NCBI RefSeq assembly: GCF_963921235.1
Contig: NC_086109.1
Location: 33,170,001-33,234,000 of the forward strand
From: Mobula hypostoma
Lineage: Eukaryota
Direction: 5' to 3'
Length of the DNA: 64,000 nucleotides
In this document: in pieces, positions 24,842 to 37,302 of the stretch
Layout of the letters: each line of letters begins with the position of its first letter
Numbering within the stretch: the first letter of the stretch is position 1
The notes under the pieces: generated by a model
Databases searched by the model: none
What the model saw: the letters and a program-made list of their open reading frames with translations, nothing else
Told to the model about the DNA's origin: nothing
Position numbers and translations under genes: made by a program

Positions 24842-26517
24842 CTAGAAACAGTTTAGAAATATTCTAAATTATTTAGATTATTAAAAAATAAATTTGAGCT
24901 ATTAACCAAAATAAAACAAAAGAATTTGTGAAATATTCAACACCACTCCTTACAATGATTATTCACATCCTTAATTAAAATTATTATAAACACAAGCAAA
25001 GGTATTCTAAAACACATAAAACATTAAAAATATTTTAAACTATAAAAATAAAAAAAAGCTATGGTATTTGTTCTTAGTTTTTCCATAAAGAGTCACCTAA
25101 ACTGTATTTTGAATAAATGCCACAAATTTGAGATTTCCACACTTGCATTTTTGCATGTAAATTCCAAACATGCTGGCACATGCACCTGGAGAAAATTTTC
25201 AGCTTTACAATCTATAGTTTTTTTAATAAAAATTCCTCTTTAGGTTCAATCAATATATGTTAAAAGCCACTTTTTTTATGTCTTGCTTCTACCTAAGACC
25301 GGGAACTAAACTCCCCTCCCACCCCCATGCCTGTTCCAACTTTCAATGATATCACAGCTGATATATGATGCAATGCCACATTCCCAAGATTTTCCACATC
25401 ACTTCAAGTCTTTAGTCTCCTAAATTCAGCTTTGATTTTTAATTACATTTGATGTAACGAAAAATGTTAATTGAATAAGTTTTCTAGACTTTTACTGCCC
25501 CCTTTTGTAAGAAAAGGCTTTTGTGTGATTTAATAAGTCCTTGTCCCAGTCTGACTTCAGCCCTTATGTTTTCCAATTTGGCAAAAATAAAGACTAGTTA
25601 TCCATTATATGACATTCATTTTCCATGACATTATAGTGATTTTTTAATCTTAAAAATTGAAATCGATTGTATGTGCTAAGAAATAACAAAGAATATTAAA
25701 ATGTTGGCATTGCCAGTACAAGTCTTTCCCCCTTTAATCCGTACTAAGCTTAAGTGCATCCTGGAACACATAACCTTGGACCATGAGATCTATCAGTTTG
25801 CTCTATTTCATCATTTACAACTGATTTTTGGCAGACCGAACATTTTCATCCAATGGGTAATCTCCCAGCAGCTGCAGGTGTTGGTTTCAGTGTGTTTTCT
25901 TCATATACAGCTCAAAAAAATATTGAACTCTCCATTGCACAGCTGCCTGGTCTTCACACACACCTCTTTACAGATCTTGGTAAATATATCTAAGTACTTG
26001 ATGCTTACATATAAGTTCTTGTTCTCAACACAGTGGTAATGAGATTCCAACTGAGCTCTTCCAACTGACCATGAGTCAAGCAAGGTCTTGATGCTTGTCT
26101 AAAATTAATGATCTTTGTTTTTGGATGGATCACCATTCTTTCCAGTTATTCATTATTTTAAGAAAACTCTGCTGTATTTTATCTTATCCTATTTAGATCA
26201 AAGTTAATCATGTCTCATTTGCCATAATAGTCATCATTCATTTCATTTATTATTACTTGTCCATCATTTTTACAGTTTAATTTGCTGCTTAGCTTTGTGC
26301 TGTTGGCAAACCATGATAAATGATTTTCTATCTCATTATATTAGTCATTACTTTCAATAATTGAGGCCCCAAAAAAGATCCTTGTGGGATATTGCTGGTT
26401 ACTTACAGTCAATTAGAGTGCATACAAATCATTACTATTTTACATATCATGTCACTCAGTTAACTTTCTGGCCAGGTCAGTAACTTATTTCTGACTTTGA
26501 GTTTCAACTTCAGTTTA

Positions 26518-27918
26518 CAGTGGCTTGCAAAAGTTTGGGCACCCCGGTCAAAATTTCTGTTACTGTGAATAGCTAAGTGAATAAAAGATGAACTGATCTT
26601 CAAAAGGCATCAAGTTAAAAATGACACATTTCTTTAATATTTTAAGCAAGAAAACTTTTTTTATTTCCATCTTTTACAGTTTCAAAATAACAAAAAAGGA
26701 AAAGGGCCTGAAGCAAAAGTTTGGGCACCCTGCATGGCAGTACTTAGTAACACCCCCTTTGGCAAGTATCACAGCTTGTAAATGCTTTTTGTAGCCAGCT
26801 AAGAGTCTTTCAATTCTTGTTTGGGGGATTTTCACCCATTCTCCCTTGCAAAAGGTTTCTAGTTCTGTGAGATTCTTGGGCTGTCTTGCATGCACTGCTT
26901 TTTTGAGGTCTATCCACATATTCTCGATGATGTTTAGGTCAGGGGACTGTGAGGGCCATGGCAAAACCTTCAGCTTGCGCCTCTTGAGGTAGTCCATTGT
27001 GGATTTTGTGGTGTGTTTAGGTTCATTATCCTGTTGTAGATGCCATTCTCTTTTCATCTTCGGCTTTTTTACAGATGGTGTGATGTTTGCTTCCAGCATT
27101 TGCTGGTATTTAATTGAATTCATTCTTCCCTCTACCAGTGAAATGTTCCCTGTGCCACTGGCTGCAACACAAGCCCTCTGCATGATCGATCCACCCCCAT
27201 GCTTGACAGTTGAGAGGGGTTCTTTTCATGAAATTCTTCAACCTTTTTTCTCCAAACATACCTTTGCTCTTTGAGGCCAAAAAGTTCTATTCAAAAGGTT
27301 CAAAGGAACATTTAAACAAGCTTGATGCATTTTGGGAACAAGTCCTGTGGACTGATGGAAGTTAAAATAGAAACCGAAGATGAAAAGAGGATGGCTTCTA
27401 CAACAGGATAATGAACCTAAACACACTTCAAAATCCACGGTGGACTACCTCAAGAGGCACAAGCTGAAGGTTTTGCCATGGCCCTCATAGTCCCCCGACC
27501 TAAACATCATCGAGAGTATGTGGGTAGACCTCAAAAAAGCAGTGCATGCAAGACAGCCCAAGAATCTCAGAGAACTAGAAGCCTTTTGCAAGGGAGAATG
27601 GGTGAAAATCCCCCAAACAAGAATTGAAAGACTTTTAGCTGGCTACAGAAAGCGTTTACAAGCTGTGATACTTGCCAAAGGGGGTGTTACTAAGTACTGC
27701 CATGACGGGTGCCCAAACTTTTGCTTCAGGCCCTTTTCCTTTTTTGTTATTTTGAAACCGTAAAAGATGGAAATAAAAAAGTTTCTTGCTTAAAATATTA
27801 AAGAAATGTGTCATCTTTAACTTTATACCTTTTGGAAATTAGTTCATCTTTTACTCGCTTAGCTATTCCCAGTAACAGAAATTTTGACCAGGGGTGCTCA
27901 AACTTTTGCATGCCACTG
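26518..27918. mobile_element. Tc1-family IR/DR transposon derivative with fold-back structure, in RH2 intron 4
   Basis: TA TSDs at 26516-26517 and 27919-27920; termini CAGTGGCTTGCAAAAGTTTG / CAAACTTTTGCATGCCACTG; inner repeat gcaaaagtttgggcaccc at 26713. The transposase C-terminus (QQDNEPKH...SPDLNIIE) is present on both strands. Confidence 0.95.
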
Positions 27919-29008
27919 TATATTTTAATGTGAGGGGCTTTATCAAATGCCTTAAAACAAATCCATTTAAATAACTTCCATAAAGATAGAATTTAAAAAG
28001 ATAAGTTTGTCAGCAGAACAAATCTATGAAGGTTGCACGCCCAGCTAAGAACTTTGGTGTTAAATCACTTTATTTTCAATGGCAACGTGTTTAGGTAAAT
28101 AGACGAAAATTGCCTAGATTTATTCTGTCATATTGCCCTTTCTTTTCCTGTCCAAAGAGAGAAATTTGGAATTTGACAGTCAATGCATCTGCACTTCACT
28201 CACCTTTCCTTCCATAGCATGGGATGGAAACTAAATCATCAATTAAATGAAGAAATTGTCAGCCTATACAGCCATAGGTTTTCCATTATTATTACGCTTG
28301 CTTTACTTTGTTAGGGTTCTATCACCCTGGTTCACTTGTGATGTTTAGATGCTACGTTCTTTACTGTAAATACCACACAAATTAATTGTAAAATGTGCTA
28401 TATAATTTCTTTGCTTTTGTTTACAATATCATTATCATATATTTCTAAAAGGACATTTTTCTCCTAAATATTCCTGTTGTTTTACATTATCAGCAAATAT
28501 TTTTGAACTTAGTTTGGCATCTCTTGCAAGTTTTGTAGTTATTATTTTATCCCATTTAGTTTGTATCTCTTTCAGTTGTCAAGTCCTGTGTTAGGTTTTG
28601 TAGTTTGGTATTACATTTTTGTTTTATCTTGTTATTTATTTTGTTGGTTCTTCTTTTACCATGCTGAGCTCTTCCTCCTGCATTATGTGATGGCTACCTA
28701 AATCTAGCATATTAGCAGTTGCTTCAATTTTCTTCTTTTTCTTGCATTAAATTTACCATATTATGGTTGATTTCCAACGTATCATTGTGCATCAATAGAT
28801 CTGTGCATCAATAATCTATATCTAATATAACCTACAACTTGTATTCTCTAGTCATATTGTTGTAGAAAACTATCTTATTCTAGATTAATCTAATAGTAAG
28901 ACAATACTAAGCTGTGAATGAAGACATTGTACTTGCGAGTATATTTTATATTTCCAGTTAGCAATTTTGGCACTTAACTTTCACATTCAAACAGATGAAA
29001 GATCATAC

Positions 29009-29248
29009 CTGCTTGTTCATTAGCACGTAGATGACTGGATTATATATTACTGAACTTTTGGAGAAGAATGCGGGGAGTGTCATAAATCCAGCAGAAAATT
29101 CTGCTCCCTGATTCAGAAAGATCCAGGCTGCTACTGTGGCATATGGTAACCAGGCAGTAAGAAAACCGATGACCATTAAGATCACCATGCGGGTGACTTC
29201 CTTCTCAGCTTTCTGTGTCGTGGCAGATTCCTGTTGCTGTGCTGCAGC
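29009..29248 (-). CDS. RH2: RH2 exon 4, 240 nt
   Basis: tttAG|GCT acceptor; [22 protein letters not shown]...[10 protein letters not shown]...[22 protein letters not shown] with retinal-binding K296 and NPxxY; donor CAG|GTATGA. Confidence 0.97.
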
Positions 29249-29362
29249 CTAAACAAAGCAATGTTTCATATCTTTGAATTACTCTGGTTATTTAAATTGA
29301 AACCTAATTATTTTGTAAATGTAGATTGAATACATAATTGCATGTAGTCATGTGATGCTTAC

Positions 29363-29528
29363 CTCCTTTACTTTACATATCAAATTTCCATAAGAAAAAA
29401 ATATGAGGATAACCGGAACAATAAAATAAAAGAGAAACAGATATATTACATAAGATTCATTGTTGTAATGTGGATTCCTGGTGTAGTAATCTGGACCGCA
29501 TGAGCATTGATATCCTTCTGGGATGTAC
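29363..29528 (-). CDS. RH2: RH2 exon 3, 166 nt
   Basis: tttcAG|G acceptor; [16 protein letters not shown] carries the cone-type P189 and C187; donor GAG|GTAAGC. Confidence 0.97.
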
Positions 29529-29597
29529 CTGAAAGAGAAACAATTAACAAACAATGTTCAAAAAGTCCAATTATACCATATCTTTTTAAAGAAGTAT

Positions 29598-30062
29598 CAG
29601 AATCACAATCAGGTTTATTAGCACCGGCATGTGATGTGAAATTCGTTAACTTAGCAGCAGCAGTTCAATGCAATACATAATCTAGCAGAGAGAAACAAAT
29701 AATAAATAAAATTTTAAAAATAAATAAACAAGTAAATCAATTACGTATATTGAACAGATTAAAAAATGTGCAAAAACAGAAATACTGTATATTAAAAGAA
29801 GTGAGGTAGTGTCCAAAGATTCAATGTCCATTTAGGAACCGGATAGCAGAGGGGAAGAAGCTGTTCCTGAATCACTGAGTGTGTGCCTTTAGGTTTCTGC
29901 ACCTCCTACCTGATGGTAACAGTGAGAAAAGGGCATACTCTTGGTGCTGGAGGTCCTTAATAATGGATGCTGCCTTTCTGAGACATCGCTCCCTAAAGAT
30001 GTCCTGGGTACTTTGTAGGCTAGTACCCAAGATGGAGCTGACTAGATTCTGCAGCTTCTTTC
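29598..30062 (-). mobile_element. Rex/Babar-type LINE 3' end in RH2 intron 2
   Basis: atcagaatcacaatcaggtttatt tail and gggaagaagctgttcctgaatc body shared with the copies at 14040, 40175 and 55735. Confidence 0.75.
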
Positions 30063-32380
30063 ATAGAACTCCTTCCTTAAAATATCAACTCCCAACTAAA
30101 TCTGTTATAAATGAAAGAGTCCTTATGGCTTCCATTTGGCAATAACAAATAGGATGAATAATTTTCTGGCCATTTCCCCAAGCTCCACCACTCCATAAGC
30201 ATTCAGTTCAACCAAATGATATTTAGTTGCGCCTGGAGTCAGTACGTGTTGAAGCATCTGTTTGAGATTCTTGCTAGAATTGTTACTCATTTCTCGATGA
30301 AAAAGATAATTATGCTGGAGACCTATCAGCATTATCTAAATTATCCTAACTCTCCAAAATTCTCCACTGCCAAAGTAGATCATCAGAACAGCTGGAAATC
30401 CCACCCAATGAAAATGAAGAAAGATTTCAATAAAATGTGAAATTCTTAGTCAAGATCAGTCGGATCATAGTCCATCAAAATGATAACAAATAAAGAGGCA
30501 TCAGGTATCTTATAATGAGCTAAAACAAGGCAACTTATAAAAATTTATTAAAAAAAGGAGCAGAAGTAATAATACAGCCCCTTCGTGCCCCCTTTTATTA
30601 AACTACAGCTGATTTGACTGTAAATTAACTCCACTTGGATTTACTGAGTATGCACGCAATAAAATGAATCTCAGGGTTGTGAATAGTGACATTTATATAC
30701 TTTGATAATAAATTTACTTTCAGCTTTGGACTTTGAACATTCTTAGCTACCCATTGCAACCTTTCACCCCCTTTCTGCCTCAAAAAAATTTCGGTTACTG
30801 CTTCTGCCGTCCTTTTGAGAAAGTTTTCCAAGGATTTACAAAGTTCTGAGGGAAGAAAATGATATCATGTCGGTCTTAAATTACAACATGTCTCCAATAA
30901 TATTATCTTTTTAGAACTGCTAATGTGCCTTGTGGCCCATACCAATATGGAAACAAATCCAATTTGGAAATACAATCCATTTTTGTACCAAATGGAACAG
31001 AATTAAAAAGCATCAAGGAGTTGCAATGACAGCCATTGCATCCATTTTACCATTGCATTCAAATCCATACTGCAGCAGGTGCAAATCGATTAAATTTATT
31101 ATAAAATCTGTATTGGAAATTAATATGCAAAATATAATACTTTAAATATTTGTTGATGAATATGTAAATATGATACCTCAAATCTTCAGTTTTTTATGGT
31201 AGTCGTTTGATGCCCATGCCCCTTTTATCCACATATAAGCCTAAGTCTACCTACAATTTATAAACTTTTCTGCAACAGTACTTGGTCAAAGATTTTTCAA
31301 ATTACAATTGATTTTCAGTCGCAGAATGAAAAAACATTTCTCTTTTTTTGCAGCAATGTTTTTACTGCTTTGATCTACTCCTTTTTGATTCTTTAATAGT
31401 TAATTTTGCATTTATTTGTGAAGCTGGAATTCTTCAACAATTTACACTTTCTTTGTCAAACATTAATGACTGCTGTATGAATTAATACTTTAATTTTAGA
31501 TCCAATAACAGAAAATGACTTGCTGAGAAATCTCAGTAAATGGGGTAAATCATGATATTTCTCTACTTGAATTCATCTATTTTGAAAACCTGTGAGGCGA
31601 AAAATATACATACTGTGGAAAAATATAGATGAATTCAACTCAAATTCAGTGACAAATAAAGATTAGAATTTGAGCAACAAAAATAACAGAAGGAATGATA
31701 AGATAAAATAAATAAAACTCTCCAGTAACAACTAAGATCAGACGGAATGGGAGTCCGTATTTGTAATTGAGCATTTATTTAAGAATAATTAGTACTTTAT
31801 CTACATTTAGTCACCAGTAAGGTGACAGAAGGTACTGTCAATGGGGCTATCAAGAGTCACCTGCTCACCATTAACCTACTCGTGGGTGTCTAGTTTAGGT
31901 TTGGCTCGGAACACTGAGCTCCAGACCCCATCACGGTGCTGGTTCAGGCCTGGACCAAAAAGCTGAATTCTACAATGAATCAAGAGGAAGGGCCCTTGAT
32001 ATTAAGGAAATATTTGGTCGAGTATGGGATCAAGTAGTCTTGGCGAAACTGAAGCCAATGTCCATCAGGAGGAAAGTTGCACAGAGTGCTTGTGGTTGGA
32101 TGTTAATGATTCCAAACCCCAAGTGTCACTGCAGATGTTCACATGTGCTAGACCCAACCATTTCAGCTGTATTTTCAACAGTCTCCCTTCCCTAACAACT
32201 TAAGATGTCGATATGCTCGCACATGATTAGACAACATTTAACTCAATTTGCAACACTTCATCGAATAGAACAATTCATACCTGCAAGTACTTGACAAGAT
32301 CTGGAAGATATTCAGTTTTGAGCCCATGTAAGTAACATTAATACCACACAAACGCCAGGCAATGTTTGTCTCTGATAACA

Positions 32381-32941
32381 TACATTCAGAGGTCATTTGT
32401 ACATCTACTCATTAATGCAAATATATAATTAGCCAATCATGTGGCAGCAATTCAATGCATAAAACCATGCAGACATGGTCAAGATGTTCAGTCGTTGTTC
32501 AAACTGAACATCAGAATGGGGAAGAAAAAAGACCTTGGTGACTTTGACAGTGGAATGAATGTTGGTGCCAAATGGGTGGTTTGAGTATCTCAAACTGCTG
32601 ATCTCCCAGGATTTTCATGTACAACATTCTTTAGAACTTACAGAGAATTGTGTAAGAAAAAATAAAAAAGACATCTAGTAAGTGCCAGTTCTGTGAGGAA
32701 AAATGCCTTACTAGTGAGGAATACTAGAGGAGAATGGCCAGACTGGTTCAAAGTAACAGGCAGGCGACAGTAACTCAAACGATCACCTGTTACAACAGTG
32801 GTGTGCAGAGGAGCATCTCTGAATGTACAACACGTCGAACCTCGACGTGGATGGGCTCCAGCAGCCAAAGATCATGAACATACACTCAATGGCCACTATA
32901 CTAGGTACAGGAGTTACCTAATAAAATGGCTACTGAGTGTA
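32381..32941 (+). mobile_element. Degenerate Tc1/mariner non-autonomous element
   Basis: TA-CA(C/T)TCA termini; the 3' end is a short palindrome tacactcaatggccact...aatggctactgagtgta (32881-32941); DLGDFDSGMNVGA HTH-like relic. Confidence 0.7.
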
Positions 32942-33839
32942 GAGTCTAATTAACCACCTTGGACATTCAATGGCATTGCTGACCATCATCATTCTGGGGA
33001 AGGATTCAGGAGCAGTTCAAAAATTGGATATCCTGTAGTGAGTGACTCATTTTGAAACTTCCCGAAGTGTTTTCATCATCTGCAAAGCACAGTTATGAGT
33101 GTGATTCATTACCCTTCACCGAGCCGCTGCAGCAGCTCAACACAGTTCAGGCCAAAGAAGACAACTTAATCCACCAAACTAAATATTCATTTCTTACAGC
33201 ACCAATGCACAATTGCAGGAATATGTACCAGTTCAAAATTCAGTGCATTTACTTGCCTAAGGTACTCTAACAGCACCCCTCCCTCCAAACTGTGATCTCT
33301 ACTGCCAAGATGGACAAGGCAGCATGTGCACAAAAACATAGCAAGCTCTCAGCAAGTTGCAGGCCTGATTATCATTGTCAATGTTTCTAGATTATGGAAC
33401 TCCCCATGTAACATCAACACAGGAGTAACTACAGCAAAAGGAATGCAGCAAGTCAAGAAGGGGTTGAACATCCCCTACCTCCTCAAGGACAATTATGCTT
33501 GGCAATAAGTCACTGAGGTCCAGATTCTGAAAGCTAAAGAAAAAAAACACATTCAGCAGAGACTTAGCCAGATTTAAATTTCTAAAGCAAAGTTAATTCA
33601 AATTTACCCAAAAAATAGAACAACCTCATACCATTCACGATACAGTACTTCAGTGAACAGTAGCCAGAAAGAGGTTATTTTCTCAAGGCTAGTGATGAAG
33701 AGGCACAGACTGGATAGGATTATTTGAATATCTGAGCTTAATGATGCATTTCTCACTCATCTGAAATGATGTCTGTGCACATGCCTATACTGATGCTTGT
33801 TTTTGAGTTTCATTAGGACAAGTAATCTAAAGTCATTAC

Positions 33840-34990
33840 ATCAACACAAATCCACCCAAGAAAGAAGAGATTGTTGTTGCAATTCAATCAATGAAGAACA
33901 GCGAAGCTCCAGGACATGACAATTTGAATGCTAAACTCTTCAAAGCTGTACCAAAAGTTGCAACCATCGTTTACTATAATCTGGGAAGGGGGACAAGTAC
34001 CCAAGGAATGGACGAAGGGAGTTATTGTTCGGATCCCGAAGAAAGGGGAGCTAAGTGATTGCAACAACTGGCATGGCATCACACTTTTGTCAGCACCCAG
34101 AAAGATTCTCACCAGAGTCACTGCCCAACTAATGACAGATGCTGTTGATGTGCACTTGAGGAAGGAGCAAACTCGCTTCAGGAAGATAGAGGTTGTGCTG
34201 AACAGATCTTCACACTGCATAACTTCGTAGAGCTGAGCACACAGTGCAGAGGAAACTGTGCATAGATCATACGGGATCCCTTCCAAAACTGTCCAGCTTT
34301 TCCAGAGTTTTCATATTAATCTCACTTGCACAGTTGGGGACTGCAATTTGAGCTTTGAAGTCAAGACAGGAGTCAGACAAGGCTGTGTGATGTCGACGAT
34401 ATTGCTTAACCTCACAGTTGGCTGGGTTATGCGACAAATAATGAAAAATAAGCAGAAAGGCATTAGGTGGACACTATTCCCTACTTTAGAAGTTCTTGAC
34501 TTTACAGATGACCTCGCATTACTCTCTGACCTCGCATTACTCTCGCGTACACCACGGCACATGGAAGAGAAACCTCAACGCCCATGTACCTTTGGTGAAC
34601 AGGTTGGACTCAGAATCAACCAGAGAAAGACTGAGACCATGACCCTCAGTGTAGGGTCTCCTCCACCTGCCAAGGCATATGGTGTCGCCTTACCCAGTAC
34701 TGGCAGATTCACCTACCTGGGCAGTATCATTGGGCAGGATGGTGAGAACAAAAACAACATCCAGTGCAGACTCAGAAAAGCTAGAAACGTCCTCAGATCA
34801 ATGAGCAACATATGGGAATCAACCAAGTACAGCGTTCACACCAAGCTGAAGCTGTGCTGGAGCTGTGTTCTGTCCACACTCTTGTATGGATCAGAATGCT
34901 GGTGCATGACAGTGTCCGACCTTGCCAAGCTGTCATCAGCATGAGCCACTGGATGATATTCCGTATCTTCTCGCCGAGAAAGATCTCCAA
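33840..34990 (+). mobile_element. RTE-clade LINE RT fragment in RH2 intron 2
   Basis: IPKKGELSDCNNWHGITLLS, TGVRQGCVMS, LDFTDDLALL, FTYLGSII, VLSTLLYGSECW; includes an 18-bp internal duplication (DLALLS twice). Confidence 0.88.
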
Positions 34991-35302
34991 GAAGTTCCAA
35001 TATCTATATTGTTGTTGCCACTATTAGGTCATCATAAACACTGATGCAATGAGAGGGCATCTCAGGGGCTGAATATTTGTGTCAAATGATTCACCTCTTG
35101 ACACACCAAAGCTTTTTTTTTCACTATTTATAGAGTGCACTTTAGGGTTAAGTAAGAATTCTGTCTACGCACCAGGAAAGTTCCAGCTCAGTGACACTCA
35201 AGAAGTTCAATACCATTCAGAGTGAAATAGTCAGTTTGACAGGCACACTGTCACTTAAGTATTCACTTCCTCCATCTCCAGTATTGTTTTTGCTAAGTAT
35301 AA

Positions 35303-35535
35303 TGAGTTTCCTCCTGATGCTCCGATTTTTCCCCACATTTCAAAGACTTATGGGTTAGAGTTAGTTAGTTATGGGCATTTTATGTTGGTGCCAAAAGCAT
35401 GGTGAAACTTGCGGGCTTCCCCCAGCACATCTTGGACTGTGGCAGTCGTCGACGTAAGTGACATACTTCACTATATGTTTCTATGTTTCGGTTTACAAAT
35501 GACAAATAAAGCTAATCTTTCATCTTTCATCTTTA
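35303..35535 (+). mobile_element. V-SINE-like fragment
   Basis: gtttcctcctgatgctccgatttttccccacatttcaaagac V-domain-like motif; tail acaaataaagctaatcttt shared with 60179-60445. Confidence 0.6.
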
Positions 35536-36337
35536 TTTACATTGCAACAATTCCCAAGACATCTTTGACAGAATGCCACATAACCATAACACTGATACCC
35601 CTATCACCTCTAAGTTCTTCTCCAAGTCATACACCATCAACAGTTAAACTTTCAGCACATAACTCCACCAGTGTGTCAAAGTCCTTGAACTCCATAACTA
35701 ACTGTACTTTGGGAGCTCTCTCCTCTCAGAGAGCATGGAGGTTTAAATTATTCATTTTCTCAAGAGCACTTAGGGACTAAAATTTAATGGTGGCTCTGGT
35801 ATTCACATTCTCAACTCGTGTATGAATAAAATAAAGAACATCTTTCATGGTGAGTATAAATAGTTACATTAACATAATAATAGGAAAATCTGGCCCATTT
35901 GTATATAATTCCTTAATTTAACATACATTTTAAGTGTGCGTTGCACCAGGGCTCAACCATTTAAATTTTCTAATGACTTTACACTGATGGTGGCCACTCT
36001 GAATTCACATCTTTAACCTTTAATGATGCAGCTAGAGGCTCTCTCAAAGACTTAGGTAACATCTCTTGACTATGACTTTCCTACGAATGCAGTTCTCAGC
36101 TGAGTTTACAAAGTACACTCAACTCTGTCCTGAACAAGATAATGAACTTTGCTCTTTCATCCACAATAACTGACCAGATTACGACAAGCTGTGGCAAGCA
36201 AGCATGTTTCTCTGAAGCAACATCAATGTATGCTGACATAGAGTTTGAGTAGGGGACAAAGGGATCTTCATGTCTTATGCCCATAAAACCTGTGAAATTG
36301 TAACAATAGTTTAATAGATTTTGCTTACTTTGCTTAC

Positions 36338-36506
36338 CTGGACCAACCAACCAGAGGAGGGCTAGCGGCAGCTAGACCCAGGACCCAAGTGACTGCAATC
36401 CCTATCAGAGCATGGTTATTTCCAAACCTGAAATTCCCCATCGGCTTGCACACCACTATGTACCGTTCTATAGCCAAAACTACCAAGGACCAAAGAGCGA
36501 CTTCGC
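36338..36506 (-). CDS. RH2: RH2 exon 2, 169 nt
   Basis: ttcttcAG|GC acceptor; [27 protein letters not shown] with the ERY motif; donor AG|GTAAGC. Confidence 0.97.
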
Positions 36507-36756
36507 CTGAAGAAAGAAAGTGCAATAAAGTGAATAAGAGAGAATTGGGAAGGAAGAGACTTTTGAACAGATTAGCAAGTTAACTCCTTTATCAATATGT
36601 CATTAATTTTATAAAGCATGGTACCAGAAAGCTTCCACAATTTGCAAAAAGCAACAATTAGAAATTAGAGTTCAATTTGTTCTAGACTATATATTTTATA
36701 TTTAACATTCACAATATAATTCATTCCAATTCAGGGCACAGTTTCAGTGTACTCAC

Positions 36757-37117
36757 CACCAAGAGTTGCAAAGAAGCCTTCCACCGCACAGCCAATGGGT
36801 CCCATGACAAAGTAACCATGTAGGGATGTGTAAAAAGTCACTACAAACCCAATGAGAACCATGAACAAATTGGCCACCGAAAGGTTCACTAAAATATAAT
36901 TAAGGGGATGCCTTAATTTCTTGTGATTGAAAGTGACCACCAGCGTCAAACCATTTATTGGTAGTCCAATGCCTATCAGTAGAAATACGTAGGCAGCAAT
37001 GATGGAGAATTGCCAGGGTTCAGCCAGGTAATACTGAGGGTATTCATAAGGACTACGAACTACCCCAGTCTTGTTGGATAATGGGACATAAAAATTCTCT
37101 CCTTCCGTACCATTCAT
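36757..37117 (-). CDS. RH2: RH2 (green/blue-green cone opsin) exon 1, 361 nt
   Basis: [35 protein letters not shown]...[15 protein letters not shown]...[12 protein letters not shown](G). Contains the E113 counterion and C110; donor G|GTGAGT at 36757/36756; canonical RH exon length. Confidence 0.97.
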
Positions 37118-37219
37118 CTTAAACGAAAAATACTAGCAGCACAAGTGTAAAGTATCCCTAACTACTGTGAAAGTTGGCAAGGAAAGCAGCACTCTCAGCG
37201 CCTTGCATTAATTCAACAC

Positions 37220-37302
37220 TTTATAGCCTTTTTAAGTAGTGTCAAGGATTGGGGGCAAGGGCAAAAAAGATTTAGTGGCATTGACGATTTAAGTAGGATT
37301 TA
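37220..37302 (-). promoter_or_regulatory. RH2 proximal promoter
   Basis: Minus-strand TATAAA at 37220-37225, about 100 bp upstream of the ATG; CCAAT/CAATCC at about 37246-37252; three TAAATC motifs at about 37269-37302. Confidence 0.6.

Noticed and set aside
24713-37117. Calling the opsin RH1 (rhodopsin) or a pseudogene
   Set aside because: P189 (CGPDYY), [28 protein letters not shown] and [10 protein letters not shown] are RH2-type. All exons are open and in phase with GT-AG junctions, and K296, E113, C110 and C187 are intact.
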